Positions 45,731-55,229 of a stretch of DNA of 64,000 nt are shown piece by piece; positions within the stretch are counted from its first letter, which is position 1, and every line of letters begins with the position of its first letter. The position numbers were made by a program, and so were the translations under genes. Source of the DNA: a bacterium. Its GTDB lineage: Bacteria > SAR324 > NAC60-12. The notes under the pieces were generated by a model that was not told where the DNA came from, did no database searches, and saw nothing but the letters and a program-made list of their open reading frames with translations. Location: the NCBI GenBank assembly GCA_965209155.1, contig OZ242383.1, positions 2,976,001 to 3,040,000 on the forward strand, in the 5' to 3' direction.

Positions 45731-46261
45731 GATTCCTCCTATACTTGATTTGGAATAAAAAGATTCGTACAACCATTGAGCGAATCGGATCCCCGCTCCC
45801 CGCTTTCGCGGGAACAAACTTTCGGGGACAAGTTTATGTGCAGCAGACACGACATCTGCCACGGTCAGCCCAACAAAACGGGCCAAATATCTCTGTAACT
45901 AGTTCGGAAACCCTCTCTTTCATTAAAACAAATTCGCGAAGGCATGATATAGCACAATAAAATGCAATGTCAACCCCCTGATGTAAAATAAATTCGGGAT
46001 TCGCAAAAATAACAAAAATTCAATAAATCTACTCAAATCCGGGGACAGTCAGAAGCCGTTCAGTTCAATAACTTTAAAAATGATTCCCGAGGAGGATCCA
46101 TCACTTCACTTCCTCCCGCACCTATTTTGAATCGAACGGGCGGGAACCCTCCCAAGATTTTGTTCAATCGATCAAGCGGGAACCCTTCCACAGTTAATTT
46201 TGAATCAAACGAGCGGAAGTCCTCTCCTTCCCTGAAACAACAAGGCACGATTTCAGCACTA

Positions 46262-46430
46262 CTACGCGGCGCAAAGCCTATAGCAAGTTTGGATCAGGAG
46301 AATTGCGCAACAAAGGAGGTCAGCTATAAAAAAATATTTTACGGTCCATCTTCGGCATGAGCCAAAAAGCGAATGTTCGCTCCACAATCCAGCGTTTTTC
46401 CAGAGGATGGATATCTTGATCACTTTTTCT
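46262..46430 (-). pseudogene. IS5-family transposase C-terminal relic (frameshifted)
   Basis: RKSDQDIHPLEKRWIVERTFA, then FGSCRRWTVKY in a shifted frame, matching the IS5 RWxVERTFAW...RR...Y motif. A shorter copy of this DNA lies at about 54462-54492. Confidence 0.65.
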
Positions 46431-46572
46431 GCCACCAAAATTGGCAAGGAAAGGGAGTGTGTTCATTATTGATAAAGAAACAGCGGGTGTTATAAAGGCA
46501 CCGCCCGCTGACCTGAGAACCCCTAGATCTACCCCCTTCTTCAGAAGAGGGATACGAGTCCGGTTGCCTGGA

Positions 46573-47364
46573 TTACTGCAATTTGTACATGAACCCGCCG
46601 CCCACCTCCATAGTTTCGCCAGTAATGTAGCGGGCGTCCTCGGAACAAAGGAAGAGGATCATCTTGGCCACATCCACGCCTTGAAGTTGGCCCTTGAGGA
46701 TTTGCAAATGCTCGCGTAGTCCTTCGAGCCAATGATGGCCCTGTTTGTTCACAATGAGTTGCGGCCGAATGGCATTTACCCGGATGTTGTCGGGTCCCCC
46801 CATACTCGCCGTGATACGGGTCAACCCCTCGAGTCCGGCTTTGGAGGCGTAATAACTTGATACGTCGAAGCCTCCTCCAATTTCCAGGAGTTTCGGGGTG
46901 AAGCCGCCGCCCGCCGCTCCGGAGGAGATGTTGATAATCGCTCCGCCACCGCCGGATACCATCTGCGGCCACACGGCTCGCGTCATGTAGAAGGAGCCTG
47001 TCAAGTTGACGCGGATCACACGATCCCAGGTCTGATTGTCTTCCAATCGCATCAATTCCCCGGCTTTGCCGCCGAGAGCCCCGCCCCCGGCGTTGTTCAC
47101 CAGTATGTCGACCCCGCCGTATCGTTCGACGACTTGCGCGACAGCCTCCTCGACGGCGAGGTGATTGCTCACATCGCAGGAGAAGAAGGTGGCCTCACCA
47201 CCGGCCCCTCGAATCTCGTCTTGCACGGCCTGGCCTTTTTCCTGCCTGCGGGCCAGTAGGGCAACCTTGGCGCCCTCGCCGGCGAGGACCTTGCCGGTGG
47301 CTTCGCCGATGCCACTGTTGCCGCCGGTCACAATGGCGATTTTGTCTTCAAGTTTTTTTATCAT
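46573..47364 (-). CDS. Short-chain dehydrogenase/reductase (SDR)
   Basis: TGGNSGIG, NNAG, YYASK, IRVNAIRP, YITG. Confidence 0.95.
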   Translation of the reverse strand: MIKKLEDKIAIVTGGNSGIGEATGKVLAGEGAKVALLARRQEKGQAVQDEIRGAGGEATFFSCDVSNHLAVEEAVAQVVERYGGVDILVNNAGGGALGGKAGELMRLEDNQTWDRVIRVNLTGSFYMTRAVWPQMVSGGGGAIINISSGAAGGGFTPKLLEIGGGFDVSSYYASKAGLEGLTRITASMGGPDNIRVNAIRPQLIVNKQGHHWLEGLREHLQILKGQLQGVDVAKMILFLCSEDARYITGETMEVGGGFMYKLQ

Positions 47365-47479
47365 TTCCTCTAATTTCTCCTTTCATAAAGGTGAGATAAC
47401 AAATTCCTGGGCAGACTGACTGAATATACCCCATAGTAAAATCAAAATTTCATAAGACAATAGCATATGAAAAATAGAT

Positions 47480-47630
47480 ATGGAGAGACGGTTGATTAAT
47501 TGTCTTTTTTCACTTTTTCCCATAGATTCAAGTTCCTCCGCAATATGCTCACTATCAATATCAGAAACTTTATGTTCACGTAACAGTTGAGCATTTTTCA
47601 TAAGCCAAGAATAGAAATCTTTATCATACT
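47480..47630 (-). pseudogene. DUF29-family N-terminal fragment
   Basis: YDKDFYSW...AQLLR....DID.EHIAEELESMGKSEKRQL..RL, then similarity ends. Confidence 0.7.
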
Positions 47631-47756
47631 CACTATGGGAAAGCATTTGAACCAGATGGATTAGTGATTGTCGGGCCTCCTTCCTCAATAAAGCTTGGTG
47701 TCGATTGATCGTCTTACCCCGAGAATATAAAGATGATCACGACCCGCTCCTTCAAT

Positions 47757-47921
47757 TCAATCGAGAAAATAAAAGACAAGTTGGTAAGCACGAGCCAGCC
47801 GATTGGTGTGGCGATCAAACTCCTGACGGGTCACCGTTTTGCCTTCGTGCGCGATACAAGGCCGGTCAGGATCTTCTATCGCCCGTTGGGAGATGAGCCG
47901 GCTGATCGACATAATGGTCAT
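47757..47921 (-). pseudogene. 5' fragment of an AMP-binding (acyl-CoA ligase) gene
   Basis: AAGGAG RBS, then MTIMSISRLISQRAIEDPDRPCIAHEGKTVTRQEFDRHTNRLARAY, and a stop after 54 codons. Confidence 0.7.
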
Positions 47922-47972
47922 TGATAGATGTCTCCTTATAAAAATGTTTTTTAGGACCTTTCTCAAGAATAT

Positions 47973-48815
47973 TCATGATCCCACCAGCAGTTTCATCAGC
48001 CGGTCCATGGTCGCCGAGTTGATGCCGATGTGACGCAGATACGCCTCGGTGGTGCCGTAGTGGACTTGGATCATAAAGAGCAGCAGGAGCATCGTCTCGG
48101 CCGGGCAGAACTGCCGTTGATAATCGAGGTATTCTTTGATCGGGGGCTGAATGATCGTTGGATCCTGGAGGCCTTCCGGATCGTGTACGCTCAAGAGTCC
48201 AGCAGTGTTATTGCGCGCAGTGTGCGTATAATCTGCCGCAATGACGGCATCGTCAACGCCGGACAGAGATTGTAACAGGGCGGCAACCACACCGGTTCTG
48301 TCCTTGCCGCCGACACAGTGAAAGACAGCAGGGGTTGCGTTGACGGCACTGAGCGCCTCGATGACTGCTCTGAGTTGTACTTGGCACTCGACGAGCCATT
48401 TCCAATATTTACGCACATTGAGATAGACCGGCAACTCCAGTAACCCGTCCGGACTTTTGGACTGATACCACTCCCCTTCACCCGACGACGGTTCCCGCAG
48501 GGTGCTGAGAAAGTCAATCAGGGTGCCGAGAAAGTCAATATGGAGATAGCAGATGCTGCTGTGAGAGCGAAAAGGGTTGGGCGTACTCGTCACCTCTGAG
48601 TCGGACCGTAAATCGATGACGGTCCGGATCCCCAAATCCTCCAACGCGTTCACCCCTTCGGGGTTGAGCCAACCGAGGTTATCGGCACGATACACAACAT
48701 GCTGCTTTGTCTGCTGGCCGTTCGCCCGGCGTAAACCACCGAGGTCCCGCATATTGTATATCCCCGAAACGGTCACGTGCCGGGGGGCAATAATGGCTTC
48801 ATAGGAAGGTATCAT
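47973..48815 (-). CDS. Tyrosine/lipid phosphatase (Y_phosphatase3 family)
   Basis: NMRDLGG, VYRAD, IRTVIDLRS, P-loop HCVGGKDRTG, IAADY. Start is uncertain. Confidence 0.9.
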   Translation of the reverse strand: MIPSYEAIIAPRHVTVSGIYNMRDLGGLRRANGQQTKQHVVYRADNLGWLNPEGVNALEDLGIRTVIDLRSDSEVTSTPNPFRSHSSICYLHIDFLGTLIDFLSTLREPSSGEGEWYQSKSPDGLLELPVYLNVRKYWKWLVECQVQLRAVIEALSAVNATPAVFHCVGGKDRTGVVAALLQSLSGVDDAVIAADYTHTARNNTAGLLSVHDPEGLQDPTIIQPPIKEYLDYQRQFCPAETMLLLLFMIQVHYGTTEAYLRHIGINSATMDRLMKLLVGS

Positions 48816-48979
48816 AATGTCCTCATACTTCTCCACCTTCGATTTGATGGCGTGGGTTAAGAAGGCTGAAAATATCATCCTCCCCAAATGATCGGATCCT
48901 GCCTCTATTACAGGTTCTTAGCGTAGAGTTCCTCATGAGGCAATAGCGGTCAACGGTGAACCGCTCAAACAAGCTCCAT

Positions 48980-49858
48980 CTAGACGACAATGACGGGGTT
49001 TTCCAGCGTCCCGATTCCCGCAATCGTGATGCTGATCACATCGCCTTGCTGAAGGGTGAATCCAGACGGGGGATGACAATCACATCCGGTGAGTACTGTC
49101 GTCAAGTCGGGCATGGCGTTGGAACGTTGGATCCAGTCGGCCAGTTGGACGCAACTGCGGGCCAAATGGGACGTGGAGCTCTCGCCGTGCCACACTACTT
49201 CGTTGTCACGTCTGGTAGAGCAGCGTAAATCCAGGTTCTCAGGGGTTTGGATCGATTCCGCAGTCACGAAGCAGGGCCCGATGGCGCAGCTCTGATTATA
49301 GACTTTGGCCTGGGGCTGGTAATACGTATTTTCTCCCTCGATGGAGATGGCGCTCATGTCGTTGGCGACGGTGTAGCCAATGATCTCCCCCTGGTAGAGC
49401 ACAAAGGCGAGTTCAGGCTCCGGGATGTTGACCGCGCTGTCCTCCCGGATTCCAACGGATTCAAAGGGGCCTACACATCGTTGGGGCGTTGCCTTGAAGA
49501 AAAGCATCGGGCGCTCTGCCTTATAGATCTTGATGTAACTTTCTGAGGCCTTGCTCAGGTCTTTGTTATAGGTCGCGCCGGCACCCCACACTTCCGGAGG
49601 GTCGAAGGGACGAGCCAGTCGCAGATCGCTTTTTTCATCCAAGACCTCCTCCATTTTCAGGATTTGGGGCTGGCCGGATGCGATGATCCGTTCTGCAATC
49701 TGGTCTATGCTGACTCCGGAGAGGGATGCGGCCCGAGCAATGACTTCCAGGCCTGACAGATTTTCATCCACCGAAGTCAAGTCGGCGAGGAGGCCTTCCT
49801 CTTGTTCCACGGCAAATCGAGGGCTGCCATTTGCTGAAATGAGTTTGTAATATTTCAT
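48980..49858 (-). CDS. Fumarylacetoacetate hydrolase family protein, copy B
   Basis: Differs from 42574-43452 at 4 of 292 residues. Confidence 0.9.
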   Translation of the reverse strand: MKYYKLISANGSPRFAVEQEEGLLADLTSVDENLSGLEVIARAASLSGVSIDQIAERIIASGQPQILKMEEVLDEKSDLRLARPFDPPEVWGAGATYNKDLSKASESYIKIYKAERPMLFFKATPQRCVGPFESVGIREDSAVNIPEPELAFVLYQGEIIGYTVANDMSAISIEGENTYYQPQAKVYNQSCAIGPCFVTAESIQTPENLDLRCSTRRDNEVVWHGESSTSHLARSCVQLADWIQRSNAMPDLTTVLTGCDCHPPSGFTLQQGDVISITIAGIGTLENPVIVV

Positions 49859-49944
49859 ATTTTCCTTTCATTTTATCTGATGAAACCACGTCCTTTGGGC
49901 GGGGAGGCCTAGTTGTGGTCAGAGACAATCGGTTCTGCCAAAAA

Positions 49945-50089
49945 CGTGCACTTGTTCGTAATCGTGCACGTGCACGTGATCGATAGAATCGTTCCCGATT
50001 CCCTTGAGATGGAGATTCCGAATAGAAGAGACGGCAGGGAATCCAGGATTCTCTGGGATGCCATTTCGTTCACGAGCACGATCACGAGC
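49945..50089. repeat. Gene-less hexamer inverted-repeat element, copy B
   Basis: Left arm CGTGCACTTGTTCGTAATCGTGCACGTGCACGTGATCG, right arm CGTTCACGAGCACGATCACGAGC; spacer nearly identical to copy A. Confidence 0.75.
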
Positions 50090-50225
50090 CGCCCCTTCCA
50101 GGGGCCCATCAAAATCACCTTCTAAGAAGGTGGATTCTTTTCTTATCTTTTTAAATCCCGAACACCTATGACGATTTAACATTGTGGAAAAAGTTAAGCA
50201 AGTATTTTTACAATTTTTGCTGCGC

Positions 50226-51209
50226 TTACCACCTGAAAGGGTTGATCAGTCGGGCGAGGAGGCCGCGTTTGCGTTTCCCCGTGATGCCGTAACTGCCTTG
50301 TCCGCCTCGCAGCCGGGGATCGAGCAGGTCTCTGATGGCGTCGCCGAACATGTTGAGCGCGTAGACGGCAATCGTCAAGCAAAGACCGGGCCAGAGCGCC
50401 AGCCAGGGGGCCATCTCCATGTACCGGCGCCCTTCCCGGCTGAGCATCCCTCCCCAGTCAGGAATGTTGGGTGGCAGACCGTATCCGAGGAAGCCCAGGG
50501 AAGCCAAAGTCATAATCACCCCCCCGATGTTAATGGAAAAGATAATGATGACCGGTGGCATAATATTGGGCAGGACATGACGGTTGAGGATTTGGCTGGT
50601 CGAGGTACCCACGGCCTGGGCTGCCAGAAAATAGTCATTCTCTTTAATGGCGATCACCGCACTCCGCACGACGCGGGAGCCTTCGACGCCACCGGCGATC
50701 CCCAGCACCAGGATGATCTGGAGCAACCCTTGTCCTACGACGGACACGAGGGTCAACAGCAACAGCAGCCCCGGAAAGGCGATCCAGGCATCGACAAAAC
50801 GCTGGACCGCCAGGTCCACTTTACCCTCGAGGAATCCTGAAATACCGCCGATGAGGACCGCGAAAACCACGTTGAGCGTAGTCGCGGCCAGGCCGACAAG
50901 GACGGAGATACGCGCCCCGTAAATCAGGCGGCTGAATAAGTCTCGTCCTATGTGGTCGGTACCCAGCAGATACGTGGCTGATGGGGTCTGCAGCCTGTCC
51001 ATCAGGTGTGCTTCCTTATGGGGATAAGGCGCCAGCGCATCGGCAAAGATCGCCACTAAAATCAAGAGCAAGATGATGATCCCGCAGACAGTACCGAGTG
51101 GCTTCTCCTTGAGAAACCTGATCCAGAAAGCCGCAAACCGGCTTCGTCGCTTCGGCTCACGGACTGCGGATGTTGTCTCTATGGTGTCGCTCATGTCCTT
51201 AATTTCCAT
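50226..51209 (-). CDS. Family-5 ABC permease (DppC type)
   Basis: LLGTDHIGRDLFSRLIYGARIS, RHVLPN, GDAIRDLLDPR. Start may be 51194. Confidence 0.95.
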   Translation of the reverse strand: MEIKDMSDTIETTSAVREPKRRSRFAAFWIRFLKEKPLGTVCGIIILLLILVAIFADALAPYPHKEAHLMDRLQTPSATYLLGTDHIGRDLFSRLIYGARISVLVGLAATTLNVVFAVLIGGISGFLEGKVDLAVQRFVDAWIAFPGLLLLLTLVSVVGQGLLQIILVLGIAGGVEGSRVVRSAVIAIKENDYFLAAQAVGTSTSQILNRHVLPNIMPPVIIIFSINIGGVIMTLASLGFLGYGLPPNIPDWGGMLSREGRRYMEMAPWLALWPGLCLTIAVYALNMFGDAIRDLLDPRLRGGQGSYGITGKRKRGLLARLINPFRW

Positions 51210-51283
51210 CGGTAGGGCCGGGTCACGTCCCGGCCTAAGAAACGCATCGCATGCAATGGCCGGGACGTGACCCGGCCCTACCG
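51210..51283. repeat. GTAG-type REP doublet (REPIN-like), perfect 26-bp inverted repeat
   Basis: CGGTAGGGCCGGGTCACGTCCCGGCC and GGCCGGGACGTGACCCGGCCCTACCG; each arm is GTAG plus an internal GGCCGGG-n6-CCCGGCC hairpin. Confidence 0.85.
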
Positions 51284-51318
51284 TTTTCTAACACCTAATA
51301 CCATTGTCGCGCCAGCGA

Positions 51319-52323
51319 CTATCTATACTGAACCCTGGGGTCCAGGAGAGCATAAATCAGGTCGATGAAGAGATTGATCCCCACCACCCCGGTGGCGAAA
51401 AACAGGTTGATTCCCTGGACCGCCGGGTAGTCTCTGCTCTCGATGGCATCCAGGTACAAACGACCGATCCCCGGCAGAACAAATATTTCTTCCATGATAA
51501 CGGAGCCCCCGATCAGGAGGGGCAAGCGCAGGCCTATCAGGGTAACTATCGGGATGAAAGCATTCTTGATGGCGTGCCGGATCACCACGACCTGCTCCTT
51601 GAGCCCTTTGGACCAGGCGGTGCGGATGTAGTCCTGCCTTAAGACCTCCAGCATCATGGTGCGTGTCATCCGCATGGTCTCGGCAGCCATGGCCGTCCCC
51701 AGAATCACGCTGGGAATGAGGAACATCACCAGGTTCCCCAGCGGGTCTTCGACAAGAGGGATATACTTTACCGATGGCGCCCAGCCCCACCAGATGGCCG
51801 GGTAGAGGACGACCATAATGGCCAGCCAGAAGTTAGGCGTGGCCAGGCCGATGATGGCGATGGAGCGCCCCAGGTAGTCGGTGGCCGTATCCTGGCGAAT
51901 CGCCGAGTAGATGCCCACCGGTAGCGCGATCACCAACCCGATCACGATGGCCATGAGACCCAGCTCAAGGGTGACCGGCAATCTCTCTAATACCTGATCC
52001 TCTATCGACAAATGGGTGGCATACAGTGATTTGCCAAGGGTGCCCTGGAGGATACCGCTGAATTGCGACTCACCGGTCTTCCAGTCAGGGGTCGGCAACA
52101 CTCCTATCCAGCGTCCGTACTGTACGTGCGCAGGCACGTCTAATCCCAACACACGCTCAAGCTGTTCACGGTTTGTATAGCCACCACCCCATCCGTGCAT
52201 CTTAGCTACCATGATGTCGACGATATCGCCGGGGATGAAGCGCACCGAGAAAAAGACCAGGATACTCAGGAGAAACAGGGTCGGGATCATGAGCAATAAC
52301 CGCCTGATGAAATAGGTTCTCAT
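51319..52323 (-). CDS. Family-5 ABC permease (DppB type)
   Basis: MRTYFIRRLL, DYIRTAWSKGL, RHAIKNAFIP, LDPRVQY. Confidence 0.95.
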   Translation of the reverse strand: MRTYFIRRLLLMIPTLFLLSILVFFSVRFIPGDIVDIMVAKMHGWGGGYTNREQLERVLGLDVPAHVQYGRWIGVLPTPDWKTGESQFSGILQGTLGKSLYATHLSIEDQVLERLPVTLELGLMAIVIGLVIALPVGIYSAIRQDTATDYLGRSIAIIGLATPNFWLAIMVVLYPAIWWGWAPSVKYIPLVEDPLGNLVMFLIPSVILGTAMAAETMRMTRTMMLEVLRQDYIRTAWSKGLKEQVVVIRHAIKNAFIPIVTLIGLRLPLLIGGSVIMEEIFVLPGIGRLYLDAIESRDYPAVQGINLFFATGVVGINLFIDLIYALLDPRVQYR

Positions 52324-52384
52324 GGGAAACCCCCTCCCTAACCCCTCCCGCCAGGGGAGGGGAAACAAGGTTTTAACATAGCTT

Positions 52385-54172
52385 CTAATGCCCCATTTCT
52401 TCCTTCAGCGCACTATCAATCCAGAGGCGGGCCATGAAGGTATTACGTGAGGCTCGTTGCATGCCTGCTTCACCGAAATAACCCTCGACCCACGGCTGGC
52501 TCACGTAAAACTTAGGGGATTTGGGTTTGATGATGGCGTAGTGCTCCCTTACCGTTTTCTCATCGGCCTCACGATGTAAGCTCATCCACTCCTCCATGGT
52601 GGCAGCGACTTTCATGGCGGCAACTATGTCGTGCATTCGCTGGTCCTGAGTTTTGGGCCAATGACCATCTGCGCAATTTGATAAACAATATATATCCTTG
52701 TTGGGGGCGAACCAGCTATACGCCAAAAAATTGTGTAAATCCCACTTCATCGTCGGCCCCCTTGCGGCAGCTCCCGCCTCGGCCTCAGTAACCACTTCAA
52801 TCTCGCTATCAACGCCAATGGCATCGAAGTACGACATGAGTATTTCTCCATAGGTCGTTTCAACCCTTTCCGAACTGCCTAGCTTGACCTTGAATCTATA
52901 GCCGTCGGCGCCTCGTGGATACCCAGCCGCATCAAGGAGTTCCTCGGCCCTTTCCGGATTATAGGTATATTCTTGCTTGACCTCGTCCGGCCATTCTTCA
53001 ACTGGCCAGTTCCACCCTTTAGAAGCTTGACTTATATACCCATAAAGTGCTGTACTTCCATAACCCTTAAAGAAGGAATTGTTGATTGCCTCGTTGTCCA
53101 CTGCCATCTGCAGTGCCTTGCGCACATTGACGTCCTGCATGAGCTCTGAAGACTGGTTAAAACCATAAAGGTTCTGGGCAATGGAATAAACGGGAAACAC
53201 ATCGATTTCAGGGTTGGTGCGCTGGAGAGCATCTACATAGTCGGGACTCAGAATATAAGCGTCGCCGGTTTCAGTCAGCATATCAATCTTACCCGTGCGC
53301 ATTGCCGATAGACGTGTCGCTGACTCTGGCATAGCCAGGCTCACCAACTTGTCAATATAGGGCAGGCGGTTCTCCGGCCATTTTTCGTCGTATTTCCAGT
53401 AGTCAGGATTCTTCTCCCAGGTTGCCGAGCTGTCCTGGACGTGATCAGTCAGTCGATAGGGCCCGGTGCCGACCGCGTTCCTCCAATCCTGAGCGTCGCC
53501 GTATTTCTCGATTACCTCGGGAGCGTACATAAACGTGTAGGTGTGGAGCATTTTCCCCAGCACATCGGCGTCAGGCCTCGCCAGCTTAACCACAACCGTC
53601 CATTTGTCGGTGGCCGTTACCGATTCGTACGTAAGACCATTCGTGATATCCTCAACTTCGGGGCTGATTCCAAGTTCGCTGAAATCACCCAGACCCAAAT
53701 AGCGGTGATAGTTCCATTCGACGTCATAAGCATCGAACTGACGACCGTTCACCGGCTCCTTATTGTCCCAGAAAACGCCCTGGCGGATGTGCCAGATGAA
53801 CGTTGTGGGGTCGGGCTGCGACCAGCTTTCCGCCAGACACCCTGTGGTCATCTCTGGGGTCACAACGACGTAAAAGTCAGCACTCTTATCCCTGGATAGT
53901 CCCCAGTCGGCGAAGGCCAGCTTCTCATTAACACCACTGATGAAGTGAGGCGCCCAGCCACCCGCGTACCACACGTCAGCACTCTTGGGATAGCGCTTCG
54001 TGCCAAAGGTGAGTGTCCCGCCATACTCATGGGCCGTCCACGTCTGGCCGGTGGCGGGATCGAACACCGTCTCTTTCTCAGCCGCCACGACTGAACTGAC
54101 CCCGAATGCGACCAACATCAGGATCAGGGTTAACAACAATGATTGAATTTTTCTTGTATTACTTTTTACCAT
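52385..54172 (-). CDS. Family-5 ABC substrate-binding protein, copy B
   Basis: Paralog of 43943-45730 with the same 595-aa length; AGGAGG RBS. Confidence 0.93.
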   Translation of the reverse strand: MVKSNTRKIQSLLLTLILMLVAFGVSSVVAAEKETVFDPATGQTWTAHEYGGTLTFGTKRYPKSADVWYAGGWAPHFISGVNEKLAFADWGLSRDKSADFYVVVTPEMTTGCLAESWSQPDPTTFIWHIRQGVFWDNKEPVNGRQFDAYDVEWNYHRYLGLGDFSELGISPEVEDITNGLTYESVTATDKWTVVVKLARPDADVLGKMLHTYTFMYAPEVIEKYGDAQDWRNAVGTGPYRLTDHVQDSSATWEKNPDYWKYDEKWPENRLPYIDKLVSLAMPESATRLSAMRTGKIDMLTETGDAYILSPDYVDALQRTNPEIDVFPVYSIAQNLYGFNQSSELMQDVNVRKALQMAVDNEAINNSFFKGYGSTALYGYISQASKGWNWPVEEWPDEVKQEYTYNPERAEELLDAAGYPRGADGYRFKVKLGSSERVETTYGEILMSYFDAIGVDSEIEVVTEAEAGAAARGPTMKWDLHNFLAYSWFAPNKDIYCLSNCADGHWPKTQDQRMHDIVAAMKVAATMEEWMSLHREADEKTVREHYAIIKPKSPKFYVSQPWVEGYFGEAGMQRASRNTFMARLWIDSALKEEMGH

Positions 54173-54491
54173 GATTCCTCCTATACTTGATTTGGATTTA
54201 ACTATTCAGGTCTCTGAAAAACCCGTTCAGTTAAATATCATTAAAAAGATTCCCGGAGAGGACCGATCGTTTCACGTCCTTCCATGATATTGTTCAATCG
54301 ATCAAGTGGGAACCCTCTTTTTCACTAAAACAACTTAGTGAAGACATAATATTAGCAATATATAGTTTTTTGCATAATGTCAACCCCCAATTGAAAAAAA
54401 ATGCAGGATTCGTAAAAAAAATTAAAAATCTATCAATCAGGGAGATCCGCTTCTTTATGATCATGAGCCAAAAAGCGAAGGTTCACTCCAC

Positions 54492-54810
54492 AAATCCGGG
54501 GACAGTTACTAATTTTTATTTTTTTAGGCTCCCTGGTTTTTTGGGCCTCCATTCTCGTTTGATCAGGGCTTCTGCTTTTCTTAAAAACGGTCATCTCCTA
54601 AAGGGCGACCCGTCCGAAAATGCTCTCGAAATTTTTCTAAATCAGGGTACTCCACCTTAAATAGGGGAATGCCTGGAAGGAGCACTCTCAAACTAACCTG
54701 GCCATCTTACCTCCAATTCCTGAAGCGAAAATTCAATGAGCAATCATTGTTCACAACCTTAATCAAATTCAGAAATCTATTGCAAATAAATGGTAACTGT
54801 CCCCGGATTT
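54492..54810 (-). mobile_element. RAYT (REP-associated tyrosine transposase) relic bounded by perfect 18-bp inverted repeats
   Basis: AAATCCGGGGACAGTTAC (54492-54509) and GTAACTGTCCCCGGATTT (54793-54810). Inside, the minus strand reads LEKFREHFRTGRPLGDDRF / RKAEALIKREWRPKKPG, a RAYT-type C-terminal tail. Confidence 0.65.
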
Positions 54811-54842
54811 TATCTTGTCGTCTTTCCTTGTTTGACGGGGAC

Positions 54843-55047
54843 CGGGCCAAAATGGGCGAACGCTTCATGCAAATCCTTCATTCGCTGCACTCGCTCTACC
54901 ATTTCGGTAGCCTTTCTGCAAAGCAACCGCTGAGTCTAAAAAGTGAATCAAGCTGACCATCGCCGTAGGGGTATCGTAAAGTCCTCCGGCAATGACAGCG
55001 CAGCACGAGATCAGTAGACTTCAGGATTTCCGTTGCAGTCAGGTTCG
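54843..55047 (+). repeat. Diverged ~200-bp direct repeat, copy 1 (possible integrase-core/IS481-like relic)
   Basis: Aligns by eye with 56334-56543 (GGGCCAAAATGG.CGAACGCTTCATGCAAATCCT...CAGTCAGGT); encodes ERFMQIL. Confidence 0.7.
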
Positions 55048-55203
55048 ATTTATTTTGCCTGATGCAAGGGATTGGAAAAGTTTAAAATTGCTTGTCGTGA
55101 GATTTTATAGGTAGGCGTGAATTGGCTCTGATTTGAATATCGAAGATCATCCTTTTTCTTTTTGGATATTGACAAAAATTTTATTTTTTACAATCTAGTA
55201 AAT

Positions 55204-55221
55204 CTTAACAAATATGTTAAG
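55204..55221. promoter_or_regulatory. Palindromic operator of the TA operon
   Basis: CTTAACA-AATA-TGTTAAG, ending 8 nt before the toxin ATG. Confidence 0.55.
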
Positions 55222-55229
55222 TTAATTCT

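Noticed and set aside
45731..45886. Upstream extensions of ORF calls (SBP from 45886; also 1979, 52368, 60121, 62066 and 11912)
   Set aside because: Downstream ATGs have an RBS and/or match paralog starts. The extensions run through repeats, tRNAs or neighbouring genes.
46060..46248. 62-aa ORF whose 3' part is echoed at 54222-54316
   Set aside because: It is probably a gene relic, but no family could be recognised. It is noted only as part of the duplication.
41139..54172. Diversity-generating retroelement (Avd-like gene plus two similar SBP genes as TR/VR)
   Set aside because: There is no reverse transcriptase in the window. The SBP differences span the whole gene and are not adenine-specific (e.g. 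GGGTAT vs TTGGCG).
55169..55194. TTGACA...TACAAT promoter for the TA operon
   Set aside because: The spacer is only 14 nt, so it is not accepted as a sigma70 promoter.
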